From the IMG/VR virus record IMGVR_UViG_3300025572_000009, positions 1 to 59,079 of that record: 59,079 bases of DNA. The stretch is one strand, 5' to 3'. Source of the stretch: a virus (lineage: Duplodnaviria > Caudoviricetes). Position numbers and translations under genes: made by a program. How positions within the stretch are numbered: position 1 is the first letter of the stretch; each line of letters starts with the position of its first letter. The notes beneath the pieces were generated by a model, which searched no databases, was not told the DNA's origin, and saw only the letters and a program-made list of their open reading frames with translations. Below are positions 53,920 to 59,079 of this stretch, piece by piece.

Positions 53920-54815
53920 CAGAACGGCATCTCGTCATCTTCACCCGGCTCAGGGAAATCATCCCCGAGAATCGAAGCAGCCTCGGTTTCGCTAACCTGT
54001 GCAGCGCCACCGCTCGGGCTGAAGCCTCTCGCCCGGTAGTGCTTCTCCATGACGCCCTCGTTCCACCGGTTCACATAAGCCAGGAAGCCGTCAAGCGTCG
54101 TCCTATCTTCAGGCCGGAACGGGTGAACGATTGTTGGATCGTAGGTCCAATCAATCGTGTAGTAGGTATTATCCCCGTTCTTCTCGCGCTTCAGCTTTGC
54201 CGAAAGCTCCACAGTCGGCAGCAGACGGCGGGATGCCCCGATCCGGTCATCCACATCACTGAACAAGAGGAAGTTTTTGCCGGACATGCGAAGCTCGACC
54301 GGCACATCGGTTACAGTAACCTTATTCCCGTCCACGTCCACCGGATCAACGAGCGTGGCGGTGCCCCACAGGAAGCGGTAAGCCTTGACCTGCTTCTGGA
54401 TTTCGCGCTGCTCGGGGCTCAGTTGATTGGGATCACGCCCAGCCTTGCCACGAATCTTACCGCACGCGACTCCACCCGTGTCGTCAAACGGTTCCACGCC
54501 GACAAGGGACGGCACAAAGATTGTATTCGCCAGATAGGCGTTCTTGCCATCAGCGTTCTTACCATACTTGCGCCAGATGAAACGCTGAAGGAACGGCCGG
54601 AACCGGATTGCCTTCGCGAAAGCATGTTTTCCTTCATGGAAAATGGCGAAGGTTCCCGGCGGGACGCTCTTATCCTCGCCGTCCACCTCGATCACATAGT
54701 CACGGTTAATTCTCAGGCGAGGAAAGCCAGCTTCGTCGCGGACATTCTGCCCCAGCAGTCGGGCGATATCAGCATCAAAGGTGTCAGGGATAACTAGCGC
54801 GGTCGTGTTAGTCAT
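53919..54815 (-). CDS. single-stranded DNA-binding protein
   Basis: PRLRIN, DDTGG..CGK, acidic C-terminal DDEMPF; between the polymerase and exonuclease. Confidence 0.75.
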   Translation of the reverse strand: MTNTTALVIPDTFDADIARLLGQNVRDEAGFPRLRINRDYVIEVDGEDKSVPPGTFAIFHEGKHAFAKAIRFRPFLQRFIWRKYGKNADGKNAYLANTIFVPSLVGVEPFDDTGGVACGKIRGKAGRDPNQLSPEQREIQKQVKAYRFLWGTATLVDPVDVDGNKVTVTDVPVELRMSGKNFLLFSDVDDRIGASRRLLPTVELSAKLKREKNGDNTYYTIDWTYDPTIVHPFRPEDRTTLDGFLAYVNRWNEGVMEKHYRARGFSPSGGAAQVSETEAASILGDDFPEPGEDDEMPF

Positions 54816-54849
54816 ACGAACATACTCCTAACCGCATAACATGACGCGA

Positions 54850-54878
54850 TATATAGTCACTCGCTAGCGCTCTTTCAA
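54850..54878 (-). promoter_or_regulatory. sigma70-like promoter for the SSB operon
   Basis: TTGAAA-17nt-TATATA. Confidence 0.6.
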
Positions 54879-54897
54879 GAGGGTTGCTAAAAATTTT

Positions 54898-57777
54898 TTA
54901 GTCCACATGAACCTCCTCTTTGTCGAGCCAGTTACGGCCTGCGCTGATCTCGATATCCAGAGGCATCCGCATGTTGTAACCGTAGCGGACGCGAAGCTCG
55001 TCACGAGCCCCAGGCAGTGCTTCAGCCATAAGTTGTGCTATCAACTCCCTCGGCTCATCCGGATGACGGTCCACTACAACTGAATCGTGAACCGTAAGAA
55101 TGATTAGTGACTTCAGGTTGTGTTTCCGAAACAGATGCCATAGCCGAATGATGCCCAAAGGCACGATGCTGCCAGTCGCGAAATACTGCACCGGCCAGTT
55201 TTTGATCTGCGTCGCAAAGGTTGAGCCACCATTCGCCTGTCGTCGTGCATACGGAAAGGCAAACTGTTTCCCATCCGGTAGCACGAGCATCTTGTTACGG
55301 ATTGCTTCATCCTGAAGCTGCTTGTGCCACCTTCCCACCCCAGGATACGTCACCGGGAACTCGACGTAATACCGGCGTATGTGCTCCGGATACTGCGAGC
55401 CCGTGGCGCCGTAGAGCGGTGCGAAGGTGTGCGGTTTCGAGTCCTGGCGTTGGTCCTTGTTCACCTCCTCATACGGTATCTGGTAGATGATCGTGGCGGT
55501 CTTTTTGTGCGGATCAATCTTGTCCCGCTTCATCTGAAAGATCACAGGATCGTCCGCCAGCTCGCCAGCCGTCACGAATTCTAGGCCGCAGTTGTGGCTA
55601 AGAAACCCCTCCGCGATGAAGGTCTTGGTGCTGGTCTGGATGGCCACAACCTCCTGCACCCCGATACGCTCGATGGCGGTGATGGTGGCTCGCGCGGTCC
55701 GCTTTCCGTAGGTTCGACGGCCTTCCCACAGACGGCGGCTTTTCGCCAGCAACCGAATGGGCCGGAACATGCCAACCGCGCGGATACCGGACTGCTCTCC
55801 GCTCAATTCCAGACACACAACCCCATTGCCGTTCTTGTGGGTTCCGTAGTTGAAGCCTCGGTGACTAAGAATGGCCTCAGCCCGCTTCAGCACGAACAGG
55901 TTATCTCCGGTCGCCTTCTGCCCTATCCCGATCTTAGTCCCTGATACATGGCCTTCGCCGTCCATAAGGCCCGCCATCCACCCGCCGTCATAGGAGGTAT
56001 CCTCATCCCACGGCCGGACATACCGACAGATCGAATCCCCGACCCGAAGTTGGTCAGCACGAACCCACCGCGCTTGTCGATTGCGGTGTCTGGCGACCCA
56101 ATAATGGTCCTCACTGCACACCAGCACACCTTCGGTGGTGGTGATTCGCAGACACGGCTTCTCAAGTGACTTGACGGCTTCCACAACAGCCGGTCGCAGA
56201 CGGCACGTCCGCAGGCTGCGGAACTCTTCGTCGAAACCTACGAGGAGCTGACCAGGGCGGATATCCTTCGCTGCAACCCATCGCAAATCCTCTGTCAAAA
56301 TCCGTGTGCCAGGGGCCACACAATAGTCGGCTTCCATGATTTCGCCGCCCTGGTCGCGCCAACGACTGACCACGACACGGCGGATCGGTGTCTTGTTTCC
56401 GCGCGGAAGATTCTGGAAGTTTGGCTCCGTCGAAGACAGTCTTTGCGTCGAGGTAATAGTCTGGTTGAGATTCGGATGCAGAATTCCGTTCGCCAAAACC
56501 GACCGTTTGATACCCCCTACAAACGAACTAAGGTAACTTTCAACCGCATTGAGCCGTTGCACGGCCGTCAGAAACTCGACCGCAAGCTTGTCCCCTCGCT
56601 TCTCGGCTTGGTAGCGCAGCCGAACCAAAGCCTGCGCGTCAGTCGCAAAACCGTCCGACCGAACATCCACCACGCCCCTCGGGGACAAGCGAAACCCGGC
56701 CCACACATTCAAGTCCGCGTAGACCACCCCCGCGCCATCACAGGCTTTGCACTTGGTAGGCTTCTTCCACAGCTCCCCCTTTTTGGTCCGCTTGTAAATC
56801 TTCCCGGCCCCATCGCACTCAATGCAGTGCAGGGCCTTTTGCTTCCGCAGTGGCGTGGTCAAACCCCGAACCTTGGTGGCGAACTCTTGCGTCGTCATGT
56901 TCGGCGGGCGCAAACGTTTACCACGCCAGTCGGTCCCGCAATTGAACGTCTTCGCCCACTGCTTCTTATCGGTCAGCCGTCGCGAGTAGATCACCCAGGA
57001 CAGTTGCTCGGGCGAGGCAAGGTTACACGGGCGGTCCCCCATGACTTCCTGCACGATCTCCCTAAGCCTGCGCTCCAACTGTGCCTTTTCATCTCGATAC
57101 GCCTGCTCGACTCTGGCTAGCTCGGCCATATCAATGGGAATGCCCGCACGCTCCATGTCCGTGAGAACGCGCGTGTATTCCATCGCCGTGTCGCGGATAC
57201 CCTTCATCCCGCGCGAGCGTGGTGTCTCGTATTCCGCCCGCTGGGCGATGAACACCTCCGCACATGAATGAACGTCTGCCCTGCCATACTCCTCTACTAT
57301 GTGCATTGGGATGGCATCAAACTGCACCCCATCGTCCAAGTATTGCCGCGTCAGATCAGCCTTCTTGCGGAACACGTCGTAGTGCTCTGCCAGAGCTTCC
57401 AGCTTCAGGCTCCGACCCTTCTGCCCACGGAGGAGCAGGTATTCCCCAACCATGGTGCAGTAAACCGGGCCGTCATACGTGAAGCCAGATTCGATGATCC
57501 ATTTCAGGTCATGCTTGACATTGTGACCAACCAGAAGAGTGGCACGATCAAGCACGTCCTGAAACCGCCGCCGGTTCTCGGGGACCATAGACCGCTGCTC
57601 AGGCGTCATGTCCCGGTGGTGGAAAAACACATAGTCCCCGGGCACGTAGCGGTCGCCCTCGACAAAGCCCCACCCTACCGAAACGAGCTTGTTACCCGGG
57701 CAGAAGGGGCTCATGTCTATGGTCTTATCCGGCCTCACATACGTTGTGTTTTCAACGTCAAAGACCACAATCGGCAT
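54898..57777 (-). CDS. polA: family A DNA polymerase with 3'-5' exonuclease, DnaJ-type Zn finger and intein
   Basis: FDVEN, GHNVKHD, YGRAD; CIECDGAG/CKACDGAG; RLSSTEPNFQNLP; motif B KPHTFAPLYG; motif C TVHDS. Confidence 0.95.
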   Translation of the reverse strand: MPIVVFDVENTTYVRPDKTIDMSPFCPGNKLVSVGWGFVEGDRYVPGDYVFFHHRDMTPEQRSMVPENRRRFQDVLDRATLLVGHNVKHDLKWIIESGFTYDGPVYCTMVGEYLLLRGQKGRSLKLEALAEHYDVFRKKADLTRQYLDDGVQFDAIPMHIVEEYGRADVHSCAEVFIAQRAEYETPRSRGMKGIRDTAMEYTRVLTDMERAGIPIDMAELARVEQAYRDEKAQLERRLREIVQEVMGDRPCNLASPEQLSWVIYSRRLTDKKQWAKTFNCGTDWRGKRLRPPNMTTQEFATKVRGLTTPLRKQKALHCIECDGAGKIYKRTKKGELWKKPTKCKACDGAGVVYADLNVWAGFRLSPRGVVDVRSDGFATDAQALVRLRYQAEKRGDKLAVEFLTAVQRLNAVESYLSSFVGGIKRSVLANGILHPNLNQTITSTQRLSSTEPNFQNLPRGNKTPIRRVVVSRWRDQGGEIMEADYCVAPGTRILTEDLRWVAAKDIRPGQLLVGFDEEFRSLRTCRLRPAVVEAVKSLEKPCLRITTTEGVLVCSEDHYWVARHRNRQARWVRADQLRVGDSICRYVRPWDEDTSYDGGWMAGLMDGEGHVSGTKIGIGQKATGDNLFVLKRAEAILSHRGFNYGTHKNGNGVVCLELSGEQSGIRAVGMFRPIRLLAKSRRLWEGRRTYGKRTARATITAIERIGVQEVVAIQTSTKTFIAEGFLSHNCGLEFVTAGELADDPVIFQMKRDKIDPHKKTATIIYQIPYEEVNKDQRQDSKPHTFAPLYGATGSQYPEHIRRYYVEFPVTYPGVGRWHKQLQDEAIRNKMLVLPDGKQFAFPYARRQANGGSTFATQIKNWPVQYFATGSIVPLGIIRLWHLFRKHNLKSLIILTVHDSVVVDRHPDEPRELIAQLMAEALPGARDELRVRYGYNMRMPLDIEISAGRNWLDKEEVHVD
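55591..56322 (-). mobile_element. intein in PolA motif A (244 aa)
   Basis: EADY|CVAPGT...CSEDH...MAGLMDGEG...FLSHN|CGLEF. Confidence 0.93.
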
Positions 57778-57836
57778 AAAGTAACTTTACCCCTCACGTC
57801 ATGATGGGTTGGTAGTGTCGCCCCACCTTTTCCCAC

Positions 57837-59060
57837 TCAGTCCCGATACGTGGAAGTGGCTGGGTCAAGCACGGTGTAAACTGTGCCGTGCCACGCGGAG
57901 ATTTTGTTTTTGCTAATTGTCCATGGCCGAGTGAAGTCCTCCTCCATTGAGCCGTCAGGCTGCGGGCGCTTCCCGATGCCAATAATCAGGTCGGCCTCAG
58001 CCGCCTTGTCTGTCTTACTACCCGCCAACATAGAGTAGTCCAGGTACGACTTGCCTTCCGCATCTGCGCTCGCCTGTGATATGGCGAGTACAAAGCATCG
58101 GTATTTCTTGGCGATATCTCGGGCGCCCATGTAAAGCGCACCGAATTTCTCATGGCTGCCGTTGTATGTCCCGTTAATCCCGATCTTATCCAACTGGTCA
58201 ATAATCAGGACATCCGGCCGATGCCTTCTCGCATACGTGTCAAGCTTCGCTAGGGTCATGCCCTGCGCGTCAACCAGCCTAAAGTTACTTGAGACACGGG
58301 ACCAAATCCTCCGGGCTTCATCTCGGTTCTCCCTGACCCAATCCTTGTCCCTCTGCGTGGCAGCCGTCACGGCGCGGAGGAGCGTTTTACGTCCAGGTTC
58401 CTCGTTGCAGATCGCATGAACCCTAGCGCCCTGCCAACACCATCCGCCCGGCGCCAGAGACAAGGAGATATAGGAGGCGGTCTTGCCCACTTCAGGCCGA
58501 GCGAAGATGATACCAAACTCACCCTCGGATACGCCTGGAAGCCTTTCAGCCACGCTGCCAATGTTGATCTTCCACGTGTGCGCGGCGTCGTTGAGGGCCA
58601 GAAGCTCGTCCAGATCGGGTGGAATCTCCTCCACCTCGTCCAACGGTAGGAAGTTGTCGGCGCGGCTCTCAATGATCTTGGCAATGGGTTCCAGGCTATC
58701 TACCCGGCCCTCCATTCCGCCCACAGCAATGTCCGCGATCTCACGGAACGTCTCTTGCCGCCACAGACCCACCAGCACGTCCATAGCCACGTCGTCCGAC
58801 ATTGGCTCCAAAAGCTCAATGTCGGTCATCATCTCTTCCACCTGATTACGTGTGGCACGGGTCATGGTCGCATAGCGGATGCGGTGCAGAGCCCGCACCT
58901 CATCCATGGTCAGGTCATGCCCGTATTTCTTGTGGGCTTCAGAGATCGTCTCGTAAATGGTTCCAATGTCGCCCGGAAACATGGTGGGAACCAGCCGATC
59001 CCGGTTCGCCAGCCAAAAATCCCGTGACAACAGCATTCTGAGAATCTGCTTCTGATGCAT
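57837..59060 (-). CDS. replicative DnaB/T7 gp4-like helicase
   Basis: Walker A ARPEVGKT, NEE, IIDQLDK, SQAS, EADLIIGIG, SKNK. Confidence 0.93.
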   Translation of the reverse strand: MHQKQILRMLLSRDFWLANRDRLVPTMFPGDIGTIYETISEAHKKYGHDLTMDEVRALHRIRYATMTRATRNQVEEMMTDIELLEPMSDDVAMDVLVGLWRQETFREIADIAVGGMEGRVDSLEPIAKIIESRADNFLPLDEVEEIPPDLDELLALNDAAHTWKINIGSVAERLPGVSEGEFGIIFARPEVGKTASYISLSLAPGGWCWQGARVHAICNEEPGRKTLLRAVTAATQRDKDWVRENRDEARRIWSRVSSNFRLVDAQGMTLAKLDTYARRHRPDVLIIDQLDKIGINGTYNGSHEKFGALYMGARDIAKKYRCFVLAISQASADAEGKSYLDYSMLAGSKTDKAAEADLIIGIGKRPQPDGSMEEDFTRPWTISKNKISAWHGTVYTVLDPATSTYRD

Positions 59061-59079
59061 GCTACCGCGCAACGATGAT

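Larger units (their letters stand above)
1361..58292. repeat. dispersed 13-bp palindrome TAARGTWACYTTA
   Basis: Exact copies start at 10182, 25271, 25334, 30213, 32277, 34343, 38741, 41364, 42624, 44200, 49774, 51786 and 57777; many variants with 1-2 mismatches. Confidence 0.92.

Noticed and set aside
1-59079. Phage-encoded single-subunit RNA polymerase (Autographiviridae assignment)
   Set aside because: No such ORF; sigma70-type promoters are found in both arms

Overview
The window appears to be a complete, circularly opened ~59 kb podovirus genome. The helicase starts at the right edge and a candidate promoter for it lies at positions 12-40. It resembles HMO-2011-type alphaproteobacterial phages: family A DNA polymerase with a DnaJ-type CxxCxGxG insert, split primase and helicase, tyrosine integrase next to a MarR-like regulator, class II RNR, ThyX, and no phage RNA polymerase. 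Two arms diverge from a non-coding region at ~10.9-11.8 kb. The minus-strand arm carries early, replication and nucleotide-metabolism genes (10.9 kb down to 1, continuing from 59 kb down to 39.5 kb). The plus-strand arm carries tRNA-like genes, packaging, head, tail, ejection and lysis genes (11.8-39.6 kb). Three inteins are present, two in RNR and one in PolA. The main unexplained signals are: (i) a 13-bp palindrome TAARGTWACYTTA with 13 exact and many near-exact copies genome-wide, one variant inside the promoter of an orphan ParB-like gene; (ii) five covarying overlapping double-hairpin RNA elements in front of early genes; (iii) a tRNA cluster containing an anticodon-less tRNA and two decayed tRNAs, preceded by a ~230-nt structured RNA candidate. 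All calls come from reading motifs by eye; no database searches or folding programs were run.
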